A stretch of DNA of 64,000 nt from Enoplolaimus lenunculus (taxonomy: Eukaryota). A program made the translations under genes and the position numbers. Shown here one piece after another: positions 1-13,600 of this stretch. Within the stretch, counting starts at the first letter, position 1. Every line of letters starts with the position of its first letter. A model generated the notes under the pieces. That model was not told the origin of the DNA and did no database searches. It was given only the letters and a program-made list of their open reading frames with translations. The DNA lies in NCBI GenBank assembly GCA_030248215.1, contig JASANG010003984.1, forward strand, positions 1-64,000. The letters run 5' to 3'.

Positions 1-457
1 AGTAATTTGGTGACGACAATTTCAAATTCCGGTTCCAGTTCCGGTTCCTGCAAAGAAATGCAATACCTGTTACTGTTCCGGCAAAACTTCCAGTTCCTGG
101 TGGAACCCTGGCAATTAGAGTTCTTTTGTCCTATGTCTGCGATGCAAATGCCCATAATGGAATGTGTGTAGCAAAATTGTAATAAACCGAAAAGAAGATT
201 TAATATCTATACCGTTATAAGCACGCATTTAGAGACACTAGACAAGATGGCAATACGTAGGATGCTTACCGGATTTGTACGCATAACACCAGAGCTAGAT
301 TGAAAAAATTAAACTTATATTTGTATAAGAAAGCGTAGAGAGCAAAAACATAAAGTGTTTTGCTAAGTTCAACATTTATCAACAGTCTATGCACAGTTTG
401 TTTATGTCTGAATTCACTTTTCAACTGCTGCAAGCCAATTTGTAACTAACTTTTTAG

Positions 458-1698
458 GGGAAGCCCAAACGAATCTTTTAGAACAGCAAATTAAAGAACG
501 TGAGAAGAAAAAGAAGCAAGACACACTAACTCTTGAACAAACGAAAGAGCAGGTGCACAGCTTTGTTACATTTCTAAGAATGTGTGGGTGCATGAATGGT
601 ATATATAATGTAGTTTAGAGTTGTGTACCAATTCTCGTCAGAAGAAAGAAAAAGGCCGGTGTGATGTTGTTTGTCTCGTATGGAACCAGATAACCATAAA
701 GATCATGCTTCACAGAAGCGTGCAGGACAGAACCAACTTTGTTATTATAGAAATAAATATTATTGGTCCAACTTGGGCTGGGTTACTTGACCGCTTCTTA
801 GGGTTGGCTGCAACGCCAATGTATAGGAAATGTCTCAAATACTAAGCGTGACTTTAAGGCCTATCGAAGGCTTAAAGCTTACTATGCTATTTTTTATCTG
901 TTTAATATATTTTGTGGCTGCTACACATTTTTTGTTACTTCAAAAAGCAAATTTGTAAACTTATTACAGATACTAAAGCTCGAAAAGCAGCTGGAGAAGC
1001 TGAAACAGGACAAACACGAACTCTTTGCTGAGTTGAAGAAAGTTCTACACAAGGACGAGCAGAAAATTCATGTATCGTCGTCGACTGCAAACAATTCTCC
1101 TGCTAGCGCTAGCGTGTTGTATTCCCCAGTGGCGGCTCCTGTGCCGGTACATAGAGTGGTATGTTGTTTTTTTTATTTTTGGACAATACGTTGTAGACAA
1201 AAGCAAAAATACAGGTAAGTAGGAAAAAATATTCAGTGTCGTGGTCGTATCAAAAAGAGTGGTAATTTATTCATACTTGAATACCGTTTTTCTGAATAAT
1301 AATGATATTTCGTTTATTTATAGACAAGCAATGTAATGTATAAGTCATTTTAGACTAAATTTGTAGCAGACGTTTAACGGAGAGCGATGTTTAGCTAGGT
1401 TTGAGGTTCTGCTTTATCACGCGCATCAATATTTTGGATCTGATAAATCAATATGTTAGAAGTAATAGGTAACATTTAGTATTCGGCGAGTTTGAAGCAT
1501 TGCTACAATGTAACTAAGCATGTATGTAACTATGACAGTACAAATTCTGCATCAATTCAGCAACAATGTTTTGGTTTTATCTAGATGTCAGATGGTCCAG
1601 AACCGGTTCCACGAAAGCGAATGCGCGAAAACAGTGGCCATACTATGCAAACCTCCCCGCATCAGGTTCCTTCCAGAGGTAGGCAGAACTTCATGTAA
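458..1698 (+). CDS. GPS2: G protein pathway suppressor 2 (NCoR/HDAC3 complex subunit), 3' part; exons 458-552, 970-1158, 1585-1698; 5' exons lie before the window
   Basis: Spliced translation ..EKKKKQDTLTLEQTKEQ|ILKLEKQLEKLKQDKHELFAELKKVLHKDEQK.. matches the GPS2 coiled coil (vertebrate SLEETKEQILKLEEKL..EKHQLFLQLKKVLHEEEK). GT-AG borders are in phase. The last exon and stop (TAA 1696-1698) are less certain. Confidence 0.85.
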
Positions 1699-3198
1699 CA
1701 CTATCATGCGGCGAAGCAAAGGAAACTTAACATTTTTGCGGACTTTCAATGTTTACGCAACAGCGTTTACCAACTACTGGGAAGAGATCAAGTGATGAAA
1801 AGAATTTTGCAAACCAAACACGCACATCAATTCCTTTGTGTGCCTGGGATTGCATCTAATCACGTACGATTCAGCATCGCGTCGCTAGAAAACAACAATA
1901 ACAACAACGTGTTTCCACTAATTTGCGTCTCTGATACAGGGTTTCGCTATTGTTTGGTATCGGTTATTATTATCCAATACATGTTTAATGGCCTGATAAA
2001 ATGTAGGAAGATAATTCTCTATGATTAACGATTTACTCAACGCAGAAATGATAAAGAACAAAAAGTTTCTAAAATCGGTAGGAAATTTTTGTTAACATCA
2101 TAGAATTTAACACTTTCGAAGAATTTTTTCCTGACAAGGTCTTGGTCATGATGAGCGTAGATGAGAAACCGGTTTATACCCCTGCTCTGCGGCCGTTTTA
2201 GTATCATCTTATTTCCAAAGATAGCATCACAAAAACATGATGGAACTCACAGAATCTGTTCAAATAAAACTTAACTACAATGGCAAGTTTTAAGTGCTAA
2301 ATGTGTTTTGCAAGAATTTTCACTTGTGTATTTTTCTTGTTTAATAAGTAGGGTTGTTTTTTCCAGAAAAAGTAGTTTTGCATCAAATCTCGTGGCTATG
2401 ATTCAATTCTGAAATCCATTTCCATATTCATATGCTGAAATTTGTGGTCTTTTCGGACATATAATGACCTGTCCTGGTGGACATATTCACACGTTCACTA
2501 TTAATGTGCTGCATGTAAATTAGTTACATGTCATCTAAAAACGTTATTTTATGTCATATTTAGTTGCAATTTATATTTAACAATCGCTTAATATGTTTCC
2601 ATTTTTTTCCACCCTTCCCCTTGTAAAAAATGAAACAAAAACATTTTATCCGGTAATTTTTTTCCAACCAACAGCACTGTTCATAAGTACATATATGTTG
2701 TACCTAGTAATTTTCGGTATTTGTGAACTATTTATTGTCAATCGAAGTAAAGTTTTGTTACTTGAAGTGTGTAAACTAATGCTGATTCGAATTTGGGCAG
2801 TTGGTGCTTTCGAAATTTTATTGCAAATACCTGATCCTTCAACATAATTTGTCACTGTAGCATCCAATTAAGTGCATCCAGACGAGGTTGTTGCGTGTTT
2901 TGGAATCGGCGTGAGTAAATGACGGCAAAATAATTGCACTGCTTAGTGCCTTCAGTGATTTAGATTGCACCCGTCGGACACTTTTCTGCAATAAACTGTT
3001 GTGATTTATTTCAACAAGCAATTTAAGAGTTAAATACTTTTAATTTTCACTAGTGTTAAAAGTTACTGAGACATACCAAGTACCATCAACCAAAACACCA
3101 GAACATCATTAAGGTAGATTTTACCTCTATACAAACAATTTAATCGAAACAAAAGGTGTTAATATGTGGCAATTAACTGCTAGATTGGATTGTTAAGT

Positions 3199-3618
3199 GC
3201 TGTATTGACCCGAATAATAGGAGGGGACTGATACTTATTTGGCCTGTGCAAATGGTGCATTCCTTCTTATTCGGTTACGGACTGTTAATGTTTATTTTTA
3301 ACGCACCCTTCGTTACTGATATATATTCGATATTGCAACTATCCGTTGAATTAAACCTTTATTTGTCACGTATGCAAACTTTGAGCAGTAATGCAAGCTT
3401 ACAAGAATGTATTTTCAAAACTAAGTATGTTTAAAAGTTTCGAACTCAACTGTGTTTGATGTTGGAGTCATTTACCTATGCGCTGCAATTTAGGATAGTT
3501 AACTTTTATGGACTCTAATTAGGGTTTACGGACTTTATCCGCTTACGGACTCATAGGGATACGGACTCCTATTGATTGGGACTCAAAATGGGGGCCCTCT
3601 GTTGGAGTCACTACAGTA
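3199..3618. mobile_element. MITE family with TACTGT..TGACCCGAATAAG ends; copies at 4851-5237, ~6490-6592, ~48505-48625, 53678-54489
   Basis: Shared TIRs and internal sequence (cccttcgttactgatat, cttacggactc). Confidence 0.75.
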
Positions 3619-3842
3619 GTACACTGTAAAAATGGGAAGTCAAATTGACTCTCTCGGAAATAGGCTTTTCCTGACTACACAAACTGAGTCAAATTTGACT
3701 CCGCCTGAGTAAAGTTCGACTCACTGAGCGATTCAATGAATCGAATTTGACTCTGGCGGAGTCGAATTTTGACTCAGTTTGTGTAGTCCGGAAAAGCATG
3801 TTTCCGAGAAAGTCAATTTGACTCCCCATTTTTTACAGTGTA
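3619..3842. mobile_element. Near-perfect palindromic MITE; relatives at ~52678-52800 and ~23032-23291
   Basis: TACACTGTAAAAATGGGAAGTCAAATTGACT...AGTCAATTTGACTCCCCATTTTTTACAGTGTA long inverted repeats. Confidence 0.8.
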
Positions 3843-4074
3843 CTTTAATTCAACAAAATTCGTAGATTTCGCTAGCGTTGTGCTGCTAACAATCGAATTG
3901 CACGCAAACCAAAAATTTGCCAAACAACACACGCTGAGCGCTGTGTAACAAATCAATGGCTTTGTAGTTTTTTACAAGTTGCAGCTGATATTAAAAGTTT
4001 ACTTACTGACACGCCTTTTTAAAACAATTTAACTTTATTCATAAATCAATTATTCGGCAAAGACTATAGTTGAT

Positions 4075-4743
4075 ATGAGTTCAAAACAACTGCTTGACAC
4101 TCGCAACGAGCTTGCTGACTTAGTCAAACGCCGCGCTGAAATTGCCGAAACGCTTGCTGCATTAGAACGTCAAATTTACGCGTTCGAAGGATCGTATCTT
4201 GAAGACACTCAAGAGTATGGCAACGTCATCCGCGGCTGGGATCGATATCTAACGGCAACAGTAGCACCGCCTTCTAGCAGCAGCAGCACTCGCTCTGGGA
4301 ATCTGTCACAAACGAGCAAATTGACTGGATCCAGTAGTGGAGCAGGGGCTGGCACAAGTGGAGGTGGCGCAGCATCGAGTGCCAACGACAAGAAGAAATC
4401 GGTGACAAGAGTACGCGATTCAGAACGATTGTTTTCGAATTCGTCAGTGACGTCTGCAGCGGCAGTTCGTGGAATGATTGGGCCTTCGACATCTGGGGGA
4501 GGAGATAGAGGGACGGTTGGTGGGAGCGGACCGCCAGGCAGCGCGCCGCCATTACGGGACGGGACCAATTTGGTGTCGGCTGGAGGTGAGAAGGATAGCA
4601 AGGCAGTGGTGGGTCATGGAGGCTTGGGGAATAAACAGCATAAGCATTTATTGCCCACCGGGTCGAGTAGAGGCGCGTCGCCTGCGGGTGATGCGATTGC
4701 GTTGGGACCCCCAGTATCGAAGAAAAGGAAGCCGAAAAATTGA
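4075..4743 (+). CDS. MEAF6: Chromatin modification-related protein MEAF6/Eaf6 (NuA4/MYST HAT subunit), single coding exon, 222 aa
   Basis: [52 protein letters not shown] and [11 protein letters not shown] are the conserved Eaf6 motifs. Basic C-terminal KKRKPK. Confidence 0.95.
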   Translation: MSSKQLLDTRNELADLVKRRAEIAETLAALERQIYAFEGSYLEDTQEYGNVIRGWDRYLTATVAPPSSSSSTRSGNLSQTSKLTGSSSGAGAGTSGGGAASSANDKKKSVTRVRDSERLFSNSSVTSAAAVRGMIGPSTSGGGDRGTVGGSGPPGSAPPLRDGTNLVSAGGEKDSKAVVGHGGLGNKQHKHLLPTGSSRGASPAGDAIALGPPVSKKRKPKN

Positions 4744-6750
4744 AAGTTGTCTTAGTTTATATGTATATGTTGGTGTGAAATTGTTTCGTCATGATGAGAG
4801 GTCTTTTTTAAGATTTAAGGTTTGAAGGATTTAGATTTTTATATTTTGAATACTGTTGTGACTCGAATAAGACGGGTGGGTCTTTATTTTGAGTACCAGT
4901 CAATAGGAGTCTTTATGATAGAGTCCCTAAACCACTAATTAGAGCCATAAATGTCAACTATCCCTCTAGCCAACACCAAATAAAGTTTAGTTCTAAACAT
5001 TAAAGCATACTTAAGTTTTGAAAGTACATTACCTTGGATTATCGCTCAATCTTTTGATACAAGACAAATAAACGTTTAATTCAGCTAATAATTGCAGCAA
5101 CGGATGCATATCAGTAACGAAGGGTGGCGGAGGGCGGGTTAAAATTAAATAACAGTCCGTAACGGAATAACAGGGGGTACCATTTGGAGAAGCCAAATAA
5201 ATATCAGCCCCTCCTCTTATTCGGGTCAGTTCAGTACTGAAGACAGAGGCAAAGTTAGATATCAGTGTTTGTGTTTATGTGACGCAGGTACCTTAGCGTT
5301 ATTAGGCTAAAATTGAGAGGCGGAGTTTCGGAAATTTTATGCAGTTCAAAGCCCCATTCACACGTGTGAATTTTTGTATCAAAACGTGCACCCGCGACTT
5401 CCACGTGCAAGTTCGGTCTCAAAACAACTTTTCAGTTGTCACAGCTGCGAATAATTCTCTGGAATGCTAGTTTTATATTTTTGAGCCCTAACTAGAAATT
5501 GTATATGAAAGTGTTTTCAAGTCAGAAAAAAATTCGAACAAAGTTTTCCTCACGCCTGACAGTTTCTAGCAGATGAAACTTGCAGGAGCAAGTTTTTTCG
5601 AAAATTTAGACGACAAATTGCAGCTGCAGTTTATTAAGTTGAATGTACCTAAACAATTCATTCATGTGTGTGGATGCCTTGCAAGTCGGATTATGATCCT
5701 GGATTTAAAAATGTTTAAAGGTTAAACGTATGATATATATCGCACAGTCATCTGCAAATTATTCATATATAGATTTCATGTCAAGATTTATATTATTATA
5801 TTTCTTTCTGTGTTGTTCAGTGATTGAATCGCAGTAGTGTTTCATGCATTAATTCAGGGTAATACTGCAGAGTGAAGGTATCCGTGGCTCATCGTAAGCA
5901 ATTGGTATAGTACTTTGTGTAAAAGTGATTGACGATAGTAAATTGTTCAAACCAAGTTTGGGATAATATGCGTTGTTGAAATGCTTATTTTATACTTTAT
6001 GTCACCGTCATCATTAAATATGTTTTATTGTGTTTTTTTTGTGCAGCGCATTGAAAATTTTACAATACGAAATTAGCAGGGTGCAACCGGAGGACAGAAA
6101 TACCGGACTCGGAGGTCAACGATACTTGCCGGAGCCGTAGGTGAGGCGAAATTATTAGGTAGTAAAAATGATGGTTAATTAGTTAATTTTAGCCAACATT
6201 TGCAATATGTTGTTAGGTTGATTGGTTTTTGTGCTAATTTTCTGCGAAATTTTATTCCTGAAAATTATGACAAAAGTAAAACGAAACGCGCTAAACAGAT
6301 AAATTTTGCAAAATTATGCAAAATTTTACTACCGAAATTGCCGGAACTTCCGGCAAAAATTCTACCGGAGCCTGAGGCCGATTTTCTGCCGGAGCCGGAG
6401 GCAGACCTCCGGTTGTATGCAGGAAATTAGTATAAGCTAGTGTTCTGTCGTCCGCATACGGACATGTAACTGTAGTTTTTAAATACCAGTACCGTAGTGA
6501 CCCGAATAAGGGGTAATAAGAGGGGTCCCCATTTTGAGCCCCAATCAATAGGAGTCCGTATCCCTAAGAGTCCGTAAGCGGATAGAGTCCCTTTGGGGCA
6601 TTGGGATATTTAATATTGCCAACGAATTTGGGGGTTAACTCTCTCATTGAGTATACTATGAGCAACTAAAATACAATAATATGCGAGCAATACAGACACT
6701 GTGAGCAGTGTTTAACAAGTAACATATATACGCAGTGCAAAATCTCTACG

Positions 6751-6900
6751 AGACGTGAGAGCCTAGTCGGGCTCGAGCGTCAAGCTCCTGTAGCTCAGTG
6801 GTCATCGTAAACGCCTCCCACCTCTGAGACTGGGGTTCGAATCTTACATTGAAATCACGCCTCATTTGAAATTGAAAATATTCATGTGAGAAAAGGTTAA
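6751..6900 (+). mobile_element. tRNA-derived (SINE-like) repeat
   Basis: A box TAGCTCAGTGG and B box GGTTCGAATC. Second copy on the - strand at 34700-34849. Confidence 0.7.
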
Positions 6901-9900
6901 GGGAAAAAATTTTCAGTTTTATCTTTAAACTTTGAATTATATAGACGAAGTTTCTTCTCGCTTTTAGAGACCAATACTCACTTGTCCAAATCTTTTTGCT
7001 GCAAGGAGGGATCGTGAAATTGGCCAATGTTTTCTTTAAAGGCCGTCCCATTTTCCCGGGACAGAAATATACCAGGAGTACCCGTCCCATTTTCCCGGGA
7101 CAGCAATGTACCAGGAGTACATTCAAAAAATATAATTGGGACAGCGGGACAGATAAGACAGTGGGACAGATGAGACAGTGGGGCAGATGGAACAGCTGGG
7201 ACAAATGGGACAAACGGGACAGATGGGACAGTATATATCCTACGTAAATATATCTGCCTGTGCATATGTAAACAGGAACGCAAGTGTGCACTCTGGGTAT
7301 ATTTGTGTCCCGGCAAATTGGGACGGCCTTTATAGTAACATGGGCCGTGAAATTGATTATATACTAAGGGGCACATCTATGTTATTGCCTCATATATATT
7401 TATATCTATGTATATCGTGTTAAAACTATCATGTTTCTATTTCGTTTTCTAGATTCATCTTTATTTGCTTAAATGCCAGTCTAAAATGAGATAAATTCAG
7501 TGTATGTAGAGTTGAATATTTTTGTTTATTATATCGCTGTCTAGACAGAAATTAAATTTTATATACTGCTGTATGTTCTACGATTTAGACAGTATAACAT
7601 AGCAGTTAAAGGCCGGTAACCAGGAATTGCTAGTATCGAGAGAGAGTATAGCGACACGTAGAAGATGCAAGAAAATTTTTTTCTAACATAAGGCTAGATC
7701 CTGGCACACGTCGTTCAGCCCTAAGCCCTAAATGTTGGGTAAGTGTGTACCAGTTGAAGATACTATACTTGTAATATTGTGAAAAAACTGGAAGTGGGAG
7801 GTTCAGATGTTCAGAGTGGGAAGGATTAAGATGAAAGCTAAAATCAGCTAATGCCGCATACCATGTCTCTACGCTTAAAACTTCCCACGGTCGTGGTCGA
7901 CCAGTTGAACCTTTTAAATGTGCCGTTTATTTTTCAGATTGACAGCTGGCCCTTAGCCAGCTCACCTTGCTAAAAAGCGAAAAAAATTTTCATGAGCTCA
8001 TAAAAGCGGTTTTCGTTGACTTACAAGCAAGGTTGATCATTTTCTAGGGGGCACAAAACATTTTTCCAGACGGCAGAGCTCACTGCCTGCCTCCCCTCCC
8101 TCCCGTGGCTACGGGCCCGATTGGCAGCCATCGCTCTGGATACTTATAATTTGAAAATTTTTATTGTTTTAGGTCAAATTTCTTTTATGTCGATGCTTAC
8201 CTCATTCTCAAATCAGACAGCATTTGCCATCTTTAATTTGAAATCACTAAAAGTCAGACATTCTTAAAATCAATTTCTAGCTTTTAGCTATGTAATTATG
8301 GTCGATTAGGTTGGATTTTATTTCGGGTCGACTCGCTTTAAATTTGTGTCGTCTTCTAAAGATCCAAAAAGTTCACTTTGTATCCAGTAAAGTTATAGTG
8401 TGTTTTTCTTGACTGTAGAAATTTTTAAAGCGGATATATTCGCTAATCACTGCCCTTGCATACACCCCTACGTTAGGTTATTTTCAAAATGCTAATTTTG
8501 TCGCACCATTATTTTCCATGTCTGCTAATTAGGCAGAGTAATAGCAAGTCTAAGGGGGCTATGCCCGAGCTTGTTATTGAAATGCTTGAACTTAAAGCGC
8601 CCGCGTACCATCTGCCATCCTTTGTATCACTAGGAGGTAAAACATAATTTGGGCACTCAGCCAAATATTCAATATTTACAATAGGGGGGGGTGTAATTAT
8701 TGATAAAGCTCCCTAAAGACATATGTACATTCTTTTATGTCGAGACGTCTGTCTGATGACCTCGTATGTCCACTTTTACTCACTCTTGCTCTCTTAAGAC
8801 TGACCATTATCATATTTATAGTAGTGTCTGAGAATGTTTATAGTAGCCGTTGGTCACTATCTGTTCGAGTTGTATTAGTTGTAGTAGTAGCAGTAAATAG
8901 GAGTTGTGTTGAATTTTAAAATTTTGAATTGAAATTTTGAAATTTATTATCTATGGTGATGCACGAGTTGTTATTTTGACAATAGTACGTATAACATTTT
9001 GGCCAATGTAGGTATACATCAGGGCCTTAATAATAGTAAAAGTATATTCGTAAACCCAAGCGTAAGGATAAGCCTATACCTAGCCAATGTCTAAGCAAAA
9101 AAATAAGTCTAAAGCTTAAGCTTACTCGGCCAATGTTACTTTTAGGGCCGTAACAGTAGATTAAGTGTATTCCTAAGCCAAAGCCAAAGCGTTGCAAAAG
9201 CGTATTCGTAAGCCTAAGCCTAAACATAAGCCTAAACAAAAAAATGTAGTCTAGAATGTAAGCCTACATTTTTACAGACCCTCCTGCAACCGGGACGGCC
9301 CTAAAAGTAACATGGGCCGCTATAGGAGTCCCAGAGAAAAACAATCCGCCCCTGATCTATACATAAGCCAAATTTTTGTCAAATAGTTTTGTAGAGGTTT
9401 GTTACTGATACTCTGGGAGGCTATTATGTTTCGGAAATGTTATCTCTAAGTACGTAAGCCTGTAAACTTGTAAAAGCCACTAACTTCAGCTAATGATATG
9501 GTTTCACACAATCAGCTGCGTACAGCTTCATAGTTGAGTTTGCCAAATGGACCGTCGTTATAAGCACAGGAACAGTGGGACACATCGCTCCCGTTTCGAA
9601 ACTGGCGGGATCGTCCCAGGACTTTTGATGCTGGGAAGTGGTCCTATTATAATTATGTACAATGTGGTTTTGCATCATTTGATGTGCTCCAACTCTGAAT
9701 AATGTTTGGTTCATATAGCTATTAGCTTCGTTCAAGATGTGTTTATCTCAATTCACGTTCAAAATTTTAGCTGTGACTATGCTCTTTTGAGCATGTGAGT
9801 TAAAAATAAGCCTGGCAGAACTCAAATCGTAGCACGGAACTAACTCAGCGTGATGCGGTAGGTGCTCGGACAACCTATCTCGTGTGTCACACCGACAAAA

Positions 9901-10546
9901 TTGTACGTCCGCAACTGAATATGCATTTTTTACGAAACTTTTCTCAAAAAGAGAAAGACCTACACCACTGCCTGTACCCTTAATATGGGGTTAAAATTTG
10001 ACAAAATTGACTTTAATAAGGTTTCGAAATACAATTCCACTTTCTAAGTTAGCTTGTGCTCATAGAAGCACTTGTTCTTTTCGCGTTCGTGAATAATTTA
10101 CTATAGCAGCGTTATGGTTAAAATTGAAATTGTGAATGCGAATTTAAAAATAGAATTGTGCAACTGTATCGGCAGGTGATTGGAATTTTTAAACCAACCA
10201 ATTGGAAGAATGTTACGCCTGGTTTACCTAATTGTTTCGCTGTCATACGGATTTTGTGTCAATTATAGTGACCAACAAATTCAGCGCTGGTTATTAATAA
10301 ATAAAATCAGTCTCTTGGATCGTTAATTTGGCTTCGGGGTAATTGACGTTTTTCTTGTATCCCATTGGCCAGCGGGAGGCATCACGATTGTTGTTCACAC
10401 ACTTTTGCTTATCAGTGACTGGCGTACCCACACTCACCACGGGAGGTATTGCAGGGCCGTGCGGCTCCCTCAAATTTGGCTAGATGCCTGCCCAAATAGA
10501 CTCGGTCTAAAAGTAAACAATCGTTGAATTATAATTGTTGGGGGCC

Positions 10547-10657
10547 CTCAAAATTATTTGATTGCCCCCCCTCATCAAAATTATTTGATTGCCCCCCTCA
10601 TCAAAATTATTTGATTGCCCCCCTCATCAAAATTATTTGATTGCCCCCCTCGTCAAA
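10547..10657. repeat. 26-27 bp tandem repeat, ~4 copies
   Basis: (AAATTATTTGATTGCCCCCCTCATCA)n. Confidence 0.9.
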
Positions 10658-13600
10658 TATAATTTTGTGCCGACGCTCCTGGTCCGCAGTGAGAAAATAA
10701 ATTGAAAATATTTTAAATTCTTGTAAATTGTTTTCTAACAACCGCCCACTCACAGTCACCCGAGTCGAGAAAGCGAGCAATGTGAGCGTGGCGCTGATTC
10801 ATTATAGTTCATCGTTGTCAAATAGCAGGGTAACCAGGATTTTAGTTCGAGAGAGTATAAATCTTTGCTTAACCGTTTTTTGTTTTAAGTGAATTAATAA
10901 ATGTTTTTTACTTTTAAAACTATTTTCTAATTCGTGTAACAGTGTCTTTTTGTCATTTGTACAGATATTTCAGGCGAAGGAGTGTTATATTCCCTGTTCG
11001 TCTCGTCAGTATACGCGTCAGCTTTCAAAACATCTGGCACTGAATTTGAGTTGAGATATTTTTTTATTAATTTTATAATTGCGTTGTTTTGGTAGGCGTT
11101 GTTGCTCATCAAAGTAGAAGCTTAATTTTTTTGGTTTTCCACGCTGTTGGTCACCAGAATGGCAGATGGTCGAAAATAAAATCCACGCCTTTGGCTTTAG
11201 TGTTTATTAGCTTTGTTCGGTTGAAAATTCATTTTACTCAGTTGGCGATTTAAACTCTGGATTGAAGTGTAGGAGTTTTGAATTTTTAAGTCATTTTTTT
11301 TAATTTTATGGGCCCATCAGTGTCGCATCTAAAGATCAGGGGACGAACGTTTTTCTGTGGGACTGCAATAGAGTGAAGCTTAAGCTTTAAGAGTAATTTA
11401 TTTGCTTTGCTTATGCTTAGGCTTAGGCTTAGCGCAAATCCTTATATATATGTCGGTCCTGAAAACTTTTTTAACCCTCCTGACGAGGTAAGCTGGCTAC
11501 GGTCCTGGTTACCACTCGAGAAACCGCCTAAAAATCTCTGGACAAAAATTCCAATAGCGGGTTTGCCGCCGGAAATGCGGAAATCCCCCGCCCTGGCCAC
11601 GACTTGATTCTAGTCAAGCATCCTACATTGTTTGTTGTTTAAATTTCAAATTTCAAATTATCAACTGATTATTATTGTTTTACACAATCTTAAAATAGCA
11701 GGCGTTTCAAATTTAAATTGATCAAAGCGGCATAATTTCAGATTCAGATAATAATTATTGTGTAGGTTGCTGGTCTAGCTTTAAGTGCAACCTACGCAAT
11801 ATAGCGCGATCGAAAAAAATGCGCAGTATAAGGCGGAATTTGGAAAATATTTATTTAGTAATAGTTTTTTTTTGGCTTAAACGTACGTCATTGTTTATTT
11901 TACAACTGGCGCTGCGCGAAATGTTTATGTTTTTAAAATAAATTTTCGAAAAAACAAAACAAATTCAATTGGGTGGAAGTTTTCAAATTTTAAAGCGATT
12001 CGTTCTTTGAGGGTAATTGAGTTAACGGGTCGTTAGTTTGGCGAAGCAATTATTCATTTAATTAATAGCTGTATGTCGTGTGGTATCAAGACATTCGTCG
12101 CCCGGCAACTTGTAATCTGAAATTTCATCGACTCGGTAATTGGTCGACCATCGTTATGGGTTTAGGGTTAGGATTAGGTTTAGGATTATATACGTTTAGG
12201 ATTATGCTTAGTATTATGCTTTATAGGCCTTAGGAGACTGCTGGGCGACAAGTTGTTGGGGAAGAATAGTCGTAGATTCATTTCGTGTACCACCGCTGTG
12301 AAGTACGAGAAAATTTCCGATATATTTTGTTGAATTGCTTGATTTACTAATCATTCGAAGTCGTGTAAATATTACGGTGATTAAGTTAAAATCAAAATAT
12401 TTGGACGGTGCAGTTATACCACCAAATTCAAGTTCACATTCATTCTGTAGGACTCGAGTTCCCTTCTGAACAAACTCAATGAAATCGTCGACGTGCACAA
12501 TCATTGAACATTTGAAATGTTGGCCCGTGTAAAGATCAGGTACGGAACGTTATTCTGTGGAACTGCAATAGAGTAAGCTTAAGCCATAGACTAATTTTTT
12601 TTGCTTCGCTTAGGCTTAGATTTAGGCTTAGGCTTAGGAATATGCTCATTCTTACACTTAAAGTTAGGCTTAGGCATCGTTCAGTACAGAAAATAACATT
12701 TTGTTTCGCCGCTCGAACACATACATACTAAATAAATACGCGCGACAAGCCGAAATCATTAGCTAAGTTCGTTTGTAGAAGCCACGTGAACAGAGTTCAC
12801 GTGGCCAAAACATTTTAGCTGTTCGCTAAAATTGCGGCCGTCCTAGCACGTATGCGCGCCGTTCCATCAATCACCTATCACGTGTCTCAAAGTGTTTGGC
12901 GTTGAATTTTTGTTGTTTATTCAGGTTTAACGAAGACGTAAATCGCATAATCAGCATCTCATTTGGACAGTGTGCCTTGCGTCCAGAGGTAAAAGTGTTT
13001 GCAAGCGAACGTAATTTGCGAGATGTTTTGACCGTTTGCCCGATACGATCCAGTAGGCAATTTCATCAAAGAGTCCCTTTATCTGAATTCTATGTGCACA
13101 ATTTTCGCCGGATATATCAACATATTTGTCGTTTTATACCCTTCGTACTACCCCCAAAGCATATTGAACCAACAGAAATATTGAAAATCATTCGCTTTTC
13201 ACAAAGACACGGTTATTTTAAGGATGTGTCGTCTTCTCACCCGTACAGAGTTGTTATCGCTACTGGCGTTAGTTTTACGGGAAACTAGCAAATCTGCTGG
13301 CGTGAGAATTCTATAACCACGTCACACCCAAAAAAAGTATTTGTAAATTTATTCAGAAAAGTATTTTCTGGTGTCAAATATGAAAAGTTTTTTCTGATAT
13401 TTAAGACAAATTTTCTAAAAATAACTGGAAAATGTTTAATATTTTTAAACTTTATTTCAGTACTTTTTTGAAAACTGTTCTGTTGTAACAGAAATACTTT
13501 TCAAGTGCACCTTGCTAAGTAGATTTTTTGATTGTAAGAATTTTTTTCTTAAATATCAGAAACATTATTTTGAGTGCATTTGGTTCTGGTTTAACAGATA

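Noticed and set aside
4209..4825. ORFs overlapping MEAF6 in other frames or strands
   Set aside because: Shadow ORFs of a GC-rich CDS.
6785..6850. Functional tRNA gene
   Set aside because: A/B boxes are present but there is no proper acceptor or anticodon stem, and it is part of a diverged dispersed repeat.
6746..7423. Cluster of 80-180 aa ORFs
   Set aside because: They span the tRNA-derived repeat and GGGACA-rich repeat fragments, with no recognisable domain.
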